DNA of 63,393 bases, the filler included, from Reticulomyxa filosa (Eukaryota > Protista > Foraminifera), in NCBI GenBank assembly GCA_000512085.1. It is 19 parts of 19 records of this genome, joined end to end, with 100 filler letters (N's around TTAATTAATTAA, not from the genome) between each part and the next. Parts side by side here need not be neighbours in the genome. Positions count along the whole stretch, not along the records: positions 13,590 to 28,935 come from ASPP01001807.1; 18 more parts are not named here. The stretch is one strand, 5' to 3'. Under the pieces are notes generated by a model. The model worked only from the letters and a program-made list of their open reading frames with translations. It searched no databases and was not told where the DNA came from. Below are positions 13,664 through 26,742 of the stretch, in pieces (positions within the stretch are counted from its first letter, which is position 1; each line of letters begins with the position of its first letter). A program made the translations under genes and the position numbers.

Positions 13664-16638
13664 AAATGAAAACACTTGCGATAACAGGAATGTCACTGAA
13701 ATGATCGAAATACCCACAAACGTATCCAAGTTGAGGGTGCAAGACGCTTTCGGAAACAACGTGCTATCCCAAGTGAATACGGTGACGCAATACGCACACC
13801 CGTTCCACGACCCCTGCAAATTCATACTGTTCTTCCAAGCGACACTACCTCCTTTGTCATTTAGCACTTATTTCGTTTCGCTTACAAACGACATGTCGAA
13901 AGTGAATTTAGGGAAAATTCGATACGCACACGAAGTGTTTGCTGATAACGGCGACGACCAGGAGGTGTTCACCGTTGGAACGGGCTATTACTCGTTGATC
14001 ATCACAAAAGATAGCGAAACCAAAGCCTACCACTTGACTGGGTTGGAAAATAATGGTCTGAAGCGCGAATTTACTTTGAACAATACTTGGATTCAGTATG
14101 TTCCGACAGGTGGTATTTATTCGGATGGATTACAAGTTCAATTGTACATTTACATACCAATACGTATACATGTCATTTATTTTATTTATTTATTTATTTA
14201 TTTATTCTTTTTAATTTCATTTGAGTTGAGATTTCAATTGGGAGCTTCTCATTTAATGATAATACCCTCCCCCTTTTTTGGGTCAACAATAGAACTCGGG
14301 AGCTTACATTTTCCGTCCAGCGCAAGACAATCGCTATACGTTGTCGTCGTCCGACAGTCAAACGGTAACCAATGTTTTGGCGTTCCGACGTAATTTCACC
14401 AACTCGAATCCTTCTCCAGGCTTTATCGTGGCTGCCCATGGTCAAGGACAGTACAACGACACTTTTGTTCCCACCGTTTGTGCATACGACCTGAACGACG
14501 GCCGGTTTACCTATCGTTATTGGAGAGCCGACAATGTTGGCTGGGACCAAAGTCCGACCTTGGATTTCTTGGTATTTGATTCAAGCGAACAAAACGAGTT
14601 TCACTTTGACGCCGGACAAAGCACTGTATGTTTCTCATTTGTGTTTTGGTAATGTATTCTATGATATATATATGATTGTGTGTGTGTGTTGTTTTTTTTG
14701 TTTTTTTTGACAATCCGTAACAACAGTATGGGACTGTAGCAGTGATCCAAGCCACTTCTCAAACGAAACAAACGACTATCGCATTTCCAAAAGGCACGTA
14801 TTCTCAATCACCTGCAGTGGTGGTCTCCGTGCGAAGCAGTAACTGTAACTCGAGCTCCAGCTATGCCGCCACAATTGTATCTATCAACACTACTGCTGCC
14901 GTAGTCTACATTTCCCGAATTGATTCCAACGAGAACTGGAACGAAAATGTATTTTTAGATTGGTTTGCCTGGAATCCCAGCACAAGCAATACCAATGGTA
15001 ATTATTTCTTTTTATTTTTTTTTTTTTTTAATTTTGTAGGATTTGCTATCCTCTTTTTGTCTTATACGATAAATCGCAATCATGTTTTTTGATACCTAAG
15101 TGTCAACTTACTTATTTGTATGTATACGTATAGATTTGTTTGCCACTGAAAAAGCGCAATTTACAATTCCTGCTCGTGAAACGAACATTATCAATGTAAA
15201 TTTCAGCTTTGTGAACGCAAGTGAGTTCATTGTAAATGAACCTGTTGTGCTGTATTCCTTGCGACAAGTGTCACCCAATCCAAGCGCTGGTGCAATATCC
15301 TTTGTTGCAACCACTGCTGTGTACAACTCGAAGAAGGGCTTCGGATTGAACGTTTTGCCAAAAGTAGTGTTAAACGCATCGGTAACATTTGAGGTGATGT
15401 TTCTTGCTTTCGAAAGGAAAGTTCTTTACAAACCAATTGATCTTCTCACCGATGTCGTCTTCATCGAAGGACCTCTGGTGAGTGAGGTGCAGCAAGTGTG
15501 GCAAGCAAACTACTCACAAACGTATCGTGTGTTCAATGGAAATTATACTGAGGATTTAAAATATGTTGATGTTTAGCAACTTTATCATTCAATTACTTTT
15601 TTTTTTTTTTTTCACTTACGGTTTGGCGCATATGTCAGTTGATTACATACGCAAATAGGTCGAAGTGCATTTAGGGCCAATAGATCAAGGCGCCGAATTT
15701 GCCACACGTTGGAGCACTTCGCTGGATAGCAATGGCATTCTCTACACTTGCCAAAATGCATTGGAATATGTGGAAAGAATATACGAGCCCAATCTTGACG
15801 AACGGTTGGGCGGTAATTATTTTCCAGCGGCTTCTCAGGCCTATTTGAGTGATTCCGCTGACGAGTATCGATTTGCGACAATTGTCAATCAGGCCCATGG
15901 TGTGGCCACTTTTCGCAATGGAGAAATGGAGTTAATGTTACATCGCCGCTGTTTGAGTGATGATGGCAGAGGTGTCGGGCAAGTGCTCAACGAAACGACT
16001 CACATTGAACCGCGAATTTTTGTTACTTATGATACAAGCAACGAGGTATCTTATTTGTCACGAAGACTACACCAAATTCAACACTATGGAGCCACCAAGT
16101 TTTATGGATTGGATAATTCTATAAGTAACTGGACAAATAAATATGGCGTATCTTGGACAGCAATCAACTCGAGCTATCCGCACGGATTGCCAAATAATAT
16201 TCACCTGCAAGAGTTGAGATATGCTTACAACGGCTTGGATTACAATCAAGGATTGATCTTGCAATTACAGCATATGTTCGAAGTTGGAGAAAATCCAGAA
16301 TGGTAATTATACTTTTTTTTTTTTGTCTTTGCTTGCATCAAACTTTAAAAAAAAATAGGAGTGTTGACGAAACAATCGATTTGAGCATGATATTCAATCC
16401 TGCTGTTATTTCAATCGAACAAGCAACAGAAATGACATTAACTGCAAGCTTGCCCTTGGCAAACCTCCATAAATTGCAATGGACGATTGCTGATGAAGAT
16501 GGAAATGTTAGAGTCATAAATCGTAAAAAGACTCTTAGCCAAGGAACTGTGATCACAATATCTCCGAGACAAATTCGGACATTTGTTGTGAATGAAGATC
16601 TGAAAATTGAAAATGGTGATATATCTATGACCAAGTAA
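13590..16638 (+). CDS. Lysosomal-type alpha-mannosidase (GH38), C-terminal half, with inserted lectin-like domains
   Basis: YNSLAW|..., LPPLSFSTYFV, NSGAYIFRP, GPLVSEVQQ, EFATRWST...LYTCQNALEYVER, GGNYFPA, NGEMELMLHRRCLSDDGRGVGQVLNE, LQHMFEVGE, EMTLTA, ISPRQIRTF. Exons: 13688-14135, 14293-14625, 14727-14997, 15134-15570, 15659-16302, 16359-16638. Confidence 0.92.
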
Positions 16639-17684
16639 TAGACTTCAACACAACAAACGCATACTATTTTCTAATGAAAATAAATCAATGTTTTTAATTA
16701 GATTTTAAATTTTAAAGTAGAATAATAAATCAAGCAATATTTGTCGCTCAATAATTTGGTTCTTTTTCAAAAGTGAATAGGATCATCTCAAATAAAGGAT
16801 AGAAATCTTCTCAACCGATGCGATCAACCACAACAAAAGATCCACCAAAATGAACTCTTATAAACATTTGAATCGTATATTTTTTTTAAATTTATCCTGG
16901 GGATCAAAAATGTATTTGTTTAACAAAGCGTAGAAAATCGTGAAAAAATGTCGTTTTTTTAATTTTGAAAATTTTTAAAAAGCATATGCGTATAGTTTTG
17001 TTTTTTGGATACAATTTAAAAAAGCGATTTTTTATTAGTAGAATTGTAAATGTTTATAGGGGTTCATTTTAGGAAGATCTTTGCATGACTGTAAACTTTA
17101 CAGAATTTTGTCACTTTCAAAATAAAAAAGTACTTCTTTATAGCTCTCAATTGAATTGGGTAATGTACTTTATTTATTTTTTCAAGTTTGTCAAGTGCAA
17201 GCAACGATCGCTCACAATTCAACTTAAAACCTTCTCAACTCAAATACTTCAACAAGTTCACACAAAAAAAAAAAGCATCCAAATCAATGCCCAGACTGTA
17301 GAACCCCCCCCAACACGTCCCTCAATCAACTAGAAAATTGAATTTTTTGGAAATTCCGTCACTGTGGTTTGGTCACATCCATGCTTAGTGGATGTGGTTG
17401 TATGAACAATATAAAAGCCAATCCAAGTGAATAGAGCCTCCAAGTGTGTCCGGCCAACAAACAAAATAATCAAAACATAAAGAAAAAAAATAAGCAACCA
17501 AAACAAAAAAAAAAATTGAATACCAACAAGTCAAGCAGAACCATTCAAGAACACAGTTTTGTACAAAATAAAAAGGATAATAAAAAAAAGTAAAATAAAA
17601 TAAATAAAATACAAAAACAAAACAAATCAAAACAGATACACAACAGTAAAACTTTCATCACAACGCAAGTGGTAATGCCGATCT

Positions 17685-18463
17685 TTATTTTAACGTTGCC
17701 GTCTTTGTCTGTGAGCACAAAGAAGCATCAAAAGATTTTGCCATGGCCTTACCTAACATGTTTTGTTTGTTCGTTTTTAACTTTTTGGCGCACACTTTTT
17801 TGTGTCGGTTCATGACACCCGATTGAGTAAATTTCTTATTGCAAATGTCACACTCAAATGGTCGTTCTCCTGAAATTATAATATGAAATGGATTCACACG
17901 CACAAAAAAAAAAGTAAATTGTACAAAACAACTCAAACCATTGTGGATTCGTTGATGTTTGACCAAATCTCGTTTTGTGGCAGTGCCTTTGTGGCAACCT
18001 GGCCAGGAGCAGCGGAAAGGCCAGGCATTTGTATGAGTGTAAGTGTGATGTTTCAATCCAGTAGAATTGAATAACTCTTTATTACAATGAGCACACATAA
18101 AGCGTTTTTTCGGGTGAGTATCCCCCTTTTTTCCCTCACTTGGATTTTGCTGGCATTTCAAAACATCGGATTTGATATCGACAGCTAATTCTTTTTTGTC
18201 ATTATCCAGGGACTTTTCTTTCTCTCTCTGGTTTTTATCATAATCTGCCCTCCCCCCCAATATTATATGTACACACGACACATGTATATTGCATGTGTAT
18301 ACGTGCGAGCGATCAAACAAAACAAACAACACACACAAAAAAAAAAGGAGCTTTTAAATATAGTTTTCGACTGACATCTATTATCAAAATCAATATTGAA
18401 AACTGGAAGCTGGGGCAATGCAAGATTAGTATTTCTCTGGTTTTGCGACAATTCACTTTTCAT
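17685..18463 (-). CDS. C2H2 zinc-finger protein (three fingers, last one C2HC)
   Basis: FMCAHCNKELFNSTGLKHHTYTH; TNAWPFRCSWPGCHKGTATKRDLVKHQRIH; then after an intron GERPFECDICNKKFTQSGVMNRHKKVC. Confidence 0.85.
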
Positions 18464-18559
18464 TGCCAGGTTTTCGCAGCCTTTTTTTTTTTCATTTTTT
18501 AAAAGGTCAAAATAAAGCAGCGTCAAAGAATCCATTTTTTTTTTTTTTGGTAAAAGAGG

Positions 18560-19420
18560 GGAGAGAAAAAAAAACTGAACTTGGTACAATGATATTGATC
18601 GCTTTTGGCTGGTTTGGACATAATGCACTCATATCTTGCTTTGTGTCGACGTATATTATTTGATCAGTACGACTCCTTGTGCAATCGTTATAAGATTGAC
18701 TCAGTTGCATTCCTTGATCAATCATCACCAACAGCGATGTCCCCATGTGATTATTTTGTCTTTTTTTATTTGCACATTTAATTGTATTGTGTCGACAATC
18801 ACTTACTTTTTTGAAAAGTACAAATTTCACAATTATGCTCTCCCTCTCTGACTAAAAAAAAAGACAACATAAAAGTATACCCAATGTCATTTGGCACCCC
18901 CATTTTCCACTGCGAACCATTGCTCGCCGGAGATATAATCGAAAACGGTAATAACCCGCCAATATTAGGTATTACTTGTGCTACGTAGCATAGTGTCGCA
19001 GTTTTGTTCAGGTCGACATATTCGTGAAACACGTTATTTCTGTGAATGAAATTCAGGGCCATGGCTTTCAAACGAATAAAAACTGTTGATTTTGATCGGA
19101 TAGTCAAATATTTCAAGTCCTGTGTTTTGAGGGGCCTCTGGGGGGTTTGAAAGTACGAGCCCCTCTTTTAAATGTACGGCACAATCACTTAACATTTCTT
19201 CGTTGGATTACATATTGTATCAATCCCACCTTTTACAAATCTGTGCTACAGTAACGCATCCAAAAATATTTAAAGGCATTTTTATTCAAGCAGATAGTCA
19301 ACACGAGTCAAAAACTGGAAATCGCTTGAATATTGGTCTCTGGATATTAAGATATGTCGAAAGTAATTGACCGCAATGCTGTGCAAAGAAAATAGAATCA
19401 ATAATGTAGCAAACCATGAA
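18560..19420 (-). pseudogene. Degenerate gene remnant, unknown family
   Basis: Protein-like frame (PEAPQNTGLEIFDYPIKINSFYSFESHGPEF...YWRVITVFDYISGEQWFAVENG) broken by TAA stops and a frameshift. Confidence 0.3.
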
Positions 19421-20006
19421 TAGTTTTATTATTTCAATGCCAATCAAATTTTTTGCTGAAAATCAACAATCCACTTGAATTATACAAATTAGGAAATATT
19501 TGTGAGTTATATTCAATTGGATGTTTTATTTTACAACGTATTTCTATATTCTGATGTAACTATATGGTTTATTTAATATTATTTGCTTATCATTACAAAC
19601 AAAATTTATTTCATTTTGGCAACAAGCAAACTAAACAGTGAAAAAACAAAAATAATAGCATTAAGTGTAATGTGGAAATGTCTCCAAATTCACCCGACTT
19701 TTACTACAAAAACTAATATTGTCACAATGTTTAAAGATCTTATTTATCAAATTTTTTGGGAATATTTTGCTTAGTCTAGGCTGCCTATAAAAGAAAATTT
19801 TATTTTTAAGGTTATCTAAGATTTTCCAAACAATAACGAAAAGTCAAATGTTTAAGAAATATCCCAACACAAAAAAGCTCACAAAACCTTTAAATTGGGA
19901 TTGTGCTACCTTTTCAAATTGATAGATAAGATCTGGAAATTGTAGTAATTATTAATCTCTTCTTAAATTTATCATCCCAGAAATATCTACCGTCTTTATA
20001 CGTCAA

Positions 20007-23000
20007 ATGGCAAGTTCGAGAACAACGGAAGAACACATGTATGTGATCAAAAGATGTGGACAGAAAGAGGCCGTTCATTTTGACAAAATTACAAGTAGGA
20101 TCAAGAAGTTATGCTGGGGTTTATCAGAGGTGGTTGACCCGGTTCAGGTGGCCATTAAAGTTAAAATATATGGAAGAGTAAAATAATAAAAGTCAGCGCG
20201 ATTGCCTCAATTTACAATAGGTATGTGGAGGAGTATACAAAGGTGTGACAACAGTAGAATTGGATGAGTTGGCGGCACAAACTGCCGCGCACATGGTAAC
20301 CGTCCATCCAGATTACGGAGAATTGGCAGCAAGAATTGAAGTTTCCAATTTGCACAAAACGACATTGAAGAACTTGAGTGACGTGGCAGACGTATTGTAT
20401 CGTCATCGTAATCCTAACACTGATGAGAGCGAACCGTTAATTGATGAAAAGCTGTATACCTTCATTGTGAAACATAAAGAAAAATTGGACAAGGTGTTGG
20501 TGCAGTTTAACATTAAAAAAATTCACACACACGATTTCATTCTCAACCAATCAAAAATCATAAAATGAGATAAAAAAAGTAATACGATTGGGAAAAAAAA
20601 AAAAACTAAAAAGTGAAAGAGATTATGAATATGATTACTTTGGTATCAAAACACTTCAATATTCTTATTTGCTGAGGGCCAACGGCAAAATTGTTGAGAG
20701 ACCACAACATATGTTAATGCGTGTATCATTGGGTATCCATTTGCCAGATATTGATGCGGCCCTCGAAACTTACAATTGTCTTAGTCAAAAGTGGATTATT
20801 CATGCTTCCCCGACTTTGTTCAATGCTGGCACGCCACGTCCACAGCTATCTTCATGCTTTTTGTTGACCATGAAAGAAGACTCCATTGAAGGCGTCTACG
20901 ATACTTTAAAAGTTTAATAGAAATGCACTGTGTAATTATTTTGTTTTTTTGTGAAGAATGCAATAGTGCATATAAGAATTTTATTTACTAAAGTGTCACA
21001 AACGAGCATAGAAAAAAGTAGAGGGAGGGAGAAGAAAGAGAAAAAATACAAAGTGTCATTTATTGTACATGCACTTAATAGCAATGCGCTCAGATTTCAA
21101 AATACGGTGGTGGCATTGGCATTGCGGCACATTGCATTCGTGCAACTGGCTCTTATGTTCATGGGACAAATGGCACTGCAAACGGTATTGTGCCTATGCT
21201 AAGGGTATTTAATGACACTGCCAAATATATCAATCAAGGTCCTGGAAAGCGCAAAGGTAATTGTTTTTTGCTATTGCTGTTGAAAACGAAGTTAGAAACA
21301 ATATTACAAACGGAAAATAAACAATCAATTATGGATAACACGGTCTTTACTCACACACACACAAAAAGGAGCATTTGCAATATATCTCGAGCCTTGGCAC
21401 GCTGATATATTTGAATTTTTGGATCTGCGCAGGAACCATGGAAGTGAAGAAGAACGAACACGCGATTTGTTTTTAGCGCTGTGGGTCCCAGATCTTTTCA
21501 TGAATCGGGTGAAAAATGATGAAATTTGGAGTCTGATGTGTCCGAACGAGTGCAAAGGATTGTTTGATGTCTGGGGCGAAGAGTTTGAAAAGTTGTATTG
21601 TTTTTATGAAAGTAAGCAGCGATATCGCAAGCAGATTAAGGCAAGACAACTGTGGACAGCTATCATTCACTCCCAAATTGAAACCGGAGTGCCTTACATG
21701 GTTTATAAAGGTAAGTGCAATTTGTTTCCTTGCCATTAAAAATTAAGAGACATTGATTGCAACATTATCTCTTCTTTTTTTTTCTCTTTTTGGGATTGTT
21801 TGCGCGAATCACATTTTCAATACTCGTCGAACGATGAAATAGATCATTGCAATCGCAAAAGCAATCAACAGAATTTGGGAACAATTAAATCTTCAAATTT
21901 ATGCACAGAAATTGTGGAGTACACATCTCCAGATGAAATTGCTGTATGTAATTTGGCCTCTATCTCGTTGCCCAAATTTGTCAATGTTGCGACACGAACA
22001 TTTGATTTGAAAAATTAGTAGAAGTTACGAAAATAGTAACCCGAAATTTGAACAAAATTATTGACATTAATTATTATCCAATGAAAGAGGCAAAAACTTC
22101 GAATTTGAAGCATCGCCCTATTGGCATTGGTGTTCAAGGTCTGGCAGATGTATTCATATTGCTGCGCTTTCCATTTGAAAGCACAGAGGCTCAGAAATTA
22201 AATCGTGATATCTTTGAGGCTATTTACTTTGGTGCTGTGACAACTTCGTGTGAACTCGCAAAAATTGACGGACCTTACCAAACATATCCTGGCAGTCCTG
22301 CATCGAAAGGAAAACTGCAATTTGATTTATGGGGAGTCAAGCCGTCTGATCGCTGGGATTGGACGACTTTGAAAGAAAATATCTCCAAATATGGTGTTCA
22401 TTTCTTTTTTTTTTTCATTTTCACTTTTCAAGAAGAGAGCAAACAAAAATGTCATACATATGAACAGGTATTCGCAATAGCCTATTGGTGGCTCCTATGC
22501 CTACAGCAACGACATCACAGATACTTGGCAATAACGAGTGTTTTGAGCCTTATACAAACAACGTTTATATTCGTCGCACATTGGCTGGAGAATTTGTTTG
22601 TTTGAATGCTCACTTATTGCGCGATCTTATTGCATTAGACATTTGGAATGAATCATTGAAAAACAAGATATTGTTTTATCACGGAAGTATTCAATCATTA
22701 AAAGAAATACCAGACGAACTAAAACTCCTATATAAAACTGTTTGGGAAATCCCCCAAAAAATTGTCATTGATATGGCGCTTGCACGGGGTCCATTCGTTG
22801 ATCAGTCCCAATCCCTTAATATTTATATGAACAATTGCAACTATGGCAAGCTTTCTTCCATGCATTTTTATGGATGGAGTCGTGGGTTGAAGACAGGAAT
22901 GTATTATCTGCGGACCAAGCCAGCAGCTCATCCTATTCAATTTACAGTTGATAAAGAGGCCATTGAAAAAGAACTTTCCCTTCAACAAACAAAAGAAAAT

Positions 23001-23066
23001 AAGCAAACAAGAGTTACTACTCCTACATCCCAATTTGAAAAGGATAAATGCGACACGTGTGGTTAA
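20007..23066 (+). CDS. RRM1: Class Ia ribonucleoside-diphosphate reductase large subunit (R1)
   Basis: ATP cone [22 protein letters not shown]; [67 protein letters not shown] and C-terminal CDTCG. About 7 exons. One-base frameshift at the A5 run 22010-22014. Confidence 0.97.
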
Positions 23067-23620
23067 ATATTTGTATTCATGAAATCGATAAATTTTTGCT
23101 TATACGAAGTATTTTTATGAGCTGGTTCACGATTCTACATCAATTTCCATGTTGCCATAAAAGTGGATCATAGATCATCTCAATCTTTTTTTTATCTTAT
23201 CACTGTTTACAACATTTTTAGCCATTCCTAAGCATATTTTGTTTTGCTTTATTTGAGATAATCCATCTCAAAAATTTCAGGTTATGCTTTCTTAATAATG
23301 ATTGATCACTGCATTGAATAAACAAAGACAAAATCTCCAAAACCTCTTATATAACACTCATTTTTAGAAATTATGTTTAAAAGTATTATTTTATTATCCT
23401 CATTCTTCTCAAATATATCAAATTTTAGCACGATAATTCTTTTAGACTGGTCACAATAAGTGATGAAAGAATGATTTTTTAGAATTATTTTCCAATTGCT
23501 GGTATCTGCAACCAATGAAAAGCTCTAACAATTAACCATAACAAACCCTTAAGTGTTTTGAACCACAGGTTATTATATTTTGAAATAAATCTTTTTTTCC
23601 TGTTCGAGATATAAATAATT

Positions 23621-24760
23621 ATGGGGTGTTGCATAACTGGTGATCAGAGCAGTACACAACGTTCCAACCAACCTCTTTTGGGCTCCTCGTCTTCCGTAAG
23701 GCCGACATACCAGCCAACGTACCAACAAACATACCAGCCAAAGTACCAGCCACAACCGACCTATCGACAAAACCCAACCCCTTCGTCACGAGCGAGCAAT
23801 GATGGTAATTGCTTTGGAGAGTGTACTTCCAAGAATCAAAAAACCATTTTGAGCAATTTGTGGAAAATGGAGCCACAAGGACAAACTAAGCTGCGAGACG
23901 CCATAATGAATGCATGTATACAAATGCATACGTTGCAAAAAATTACGGAAGAAATGGTGGATGCGACTAGAGGGAGTTCTGATGTAAACTGGCGATTCGT
24001 GAATGTGATTTTGACAGATGGACAAGATACTTCGTCTACCCATTCGCTGCGAGAAGTTAAAGTTATTTTATTTGGACTGGACGAGCTCTTGGGCAACAAA
24101 TGTGCCACTTTCTTAATGTTAGTTTACCCAAACGACTATTGTTGTGTTAATACAAGGAGGGAAGAGTGGAAGAGTAAGCAAGGTAAAAAAAGACTGTGAT
24201 AAGTAATAAATTAATCTTAATACCAATCGAATTCGACAATGTTATAAATGTTTTTTTTTGGTACCACAGCGGGATCGGAAGTGACGAAAATGAATTTGGT
24301 GAACTAAAACAACTTGCTCGGGAAATAAAATCCGTGTCGTATATTCATGTCAAAGACAGCGGCGCGATTCAAGAAGTCTTCGAACGAATCCAAGTCGAAT
24401 TGGGCATTGTTAGGCAAACTGCAATTTTGGATACTGGTAGTATGCTGATTGCTGCTCAACAAAATAACGTTACACACAACAAACAATGTCTTTGTAACCC
24501 GATTTCAGTCAAACACGAACAAATTACAAATAACAAATAAAATAAGAGTTATATGATATAATTGTGTTGAACAGCTAGCGTTCAATTTGAAATTGAATCG
24601 TTATTTGGTCTTGTTCACTATCGACCGAAGTGGCTCGATGGCTGGAGGAAAATGGAAAGCAACTTGTCAGGGATTGGCTAGCTTTTTGTCTCATTTGACT
24701 GATAACGACTTGTTTGGCGTTCAAGTGTTCAGTAGCGATGTTTCGTGGATCAATATGTAA
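23621..24760 (+). CDS. vWA-domain protein, circularly permuted, MGCC N-terminus, 293 aa
   Basis: In-phase exons 23621-24117, 24270-24468, 24575-24760 with GT-AG introns. Motifs in order: PQGQTKLRDAI, VILTDGQD, FLIGIG, IQEVFERI, then LFTIDRSGSMAG. Confidence 0.85.
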
Positions 24761-26742
24761 GAAAAGAGTGAAAAAGATGGACAACTCCAAACCATACATG
24801 GCAGGGTTTTTGTTTTGTAAATTTCAAATACAAATATCAACTAACCATACCCCAAAATTATTACATTGTAAGAAAAGTAACGTTTGTTGATGTCACAATT
24901 TTTTTTTATTAGTCCTTGCTTTGCCACATTACCCATTTCCTATAAATTTTTTATCTCATTCTTATAAAATTTTTTAAAGACCCTTTTTGTAGCAAAAAGC
25001 ACTCCATTTTAAATTATATTATTTTTTTGGTAATGGATCACAAGTTTCAAGACGAATGAAAACAGACCAATTCCTTCGAACAAATAAATTAAGTGTGTCG
25101 ATAAAAATCGGACAAAGAAAAAGTGAACGGAGTACTCCAAATATGTTGAAAGGAATTTGTCAATGAAAAATTCAAAAAAGGTTTTGTGGAAGAAACATTT
25201 TTTTCTGCCACACGATACTCAATTTTTTTACGTTTGCTCTCGCTGCAACCAATTTTTTCAAGCGCAATGACATTGTCTTCCCACGAGTTATTTTTTTGAC
25301 TAGGGAGTTCTGCGCCAAAATGATTTGGGTATTGCAAAAACCAAATCATCCAACAAATGTTGCATAATAACACTTTGTTTTCATTTTCATTTTTTGCAAC
25401 ATTCAAACTGTACCAATTACCTTGATTTATTAAGCAACAATCACTGTTTTTCTCAAAAATACAAACCAGTATGTTTTCTTTTCGTTTTACAAAAATGAAA
25501 AAAATAAGTGTAATACGAGAGGAACAAAAAGGGATCATCCAATTACCATTGATGAATAATGCGTACTTTAAGCAAGAAATAATACGGACACTTAGTGAAA
25601 ATCTTTGAATTTGGCTCCTCAGAACACTGTGGTAGTGCATTATACCACATTTGTAATAAGTCTTCGCTTAATGCTTGCTGATGGAAATCTCTTCGTCATT
25701 CCATTTTTTTTTGTTTTAGATTTTTGTTTTGTTTTTGAATACCTGAAAGAAGGCAGTTTTGATTAAAACGCTTGCTGTCTCTTTCATTGTTGATGATCCT
25801 TCGACCAACAAAAAAGACAAGAGACAGTTAACTTGGAAATTCTGCAATAGGTCGAAAATACATACCGAATTGGTATATATCCTGAGCACACGCTAATTAA
25901 CATCATTTGCATACAATGCGCGTGTGGTGCGAGGCAAGTACTGGATTCTGCTTTGTCAAGGCTCGAAATGGTGTTGTTCAAACAGACTGATAACTGCCAC
26001 AACGCTTGTGGCTCACGAAAGGACATCCAGCTCATTCTCACGATGAATGCTTCAATTGCTTACAGTTTAGGAATTGATCTAATACTGACTTATTTTTTAT
26101 GCGAGAGAAAATAACGCAAGTCACGCTGCTGAACGCAAGGGTTGCAAATTTTTAACAGTGTTTTAGTTATTTGTTTTTCCATTTTAAATTTTGTCTTTTC
26201 AGAAAAAGCTTGTCTTATTCACTTGTATTAGATCTTTTCAAAAGAAATCATTTAATAGCACAAGAAACGGAAATATTGAATAAACACAACATAAATTCGA
26301 AAAACTCCACTTTAAGTTACTAATAGAAAAATAGCTTTGCTGACGCTTTTTAAAGATCAATTTACTAATTTTTTGCTTACTACATAAAATGCAAAAAAAA
26401 AAATTGGCTTATCGTACCATAAATTTATGTGAAATTATTTTTTATAATATTTGTTGTTGTATGTTTTTCTTGAACAAAATTGTATCTAGAGTTTAAAATT
26501 CACAATTTGACTATTCAATAGCTAAATGATGTTAAAAGTAAACATCCAACAAGAAAACCTTTTTAAAGATAAAATTGAATAATTTTAATTGTGTCCAAAA
26601 GTTTAATTGCAGATTTAAAAAGAAAACGTTTTTACGGGTGAATTTATTTACCCCTTAAAAGTTTGTTTTTAAGTGTTGTTTCAGTGTTGTCTTTCTTCAA
26701 TTTGTTCTTTAATTTCTTAAAGCGAAAAGTAAAAAGTAAAAA

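Noticed and set aside
19129-19166. Short GC-rich inverted repeat gaggggcctc...gagcccctc
   Set aside because: Only about 9 bp, imperfect, and inside a degenerate coding remnant.
20007-23066. Viral origin of the RNR, or an intein or self-splicing intron within it
   Set aside because: Interruptions are short GT-AG spliceosomal introns, the protein is a typical eukaryotic R1 with an ATP cone, and no viral genes flank it.
25089-26041. Minus-strand ORFs as a gene
   Set aside because: No consistent splice model or recognisable motif could be built.
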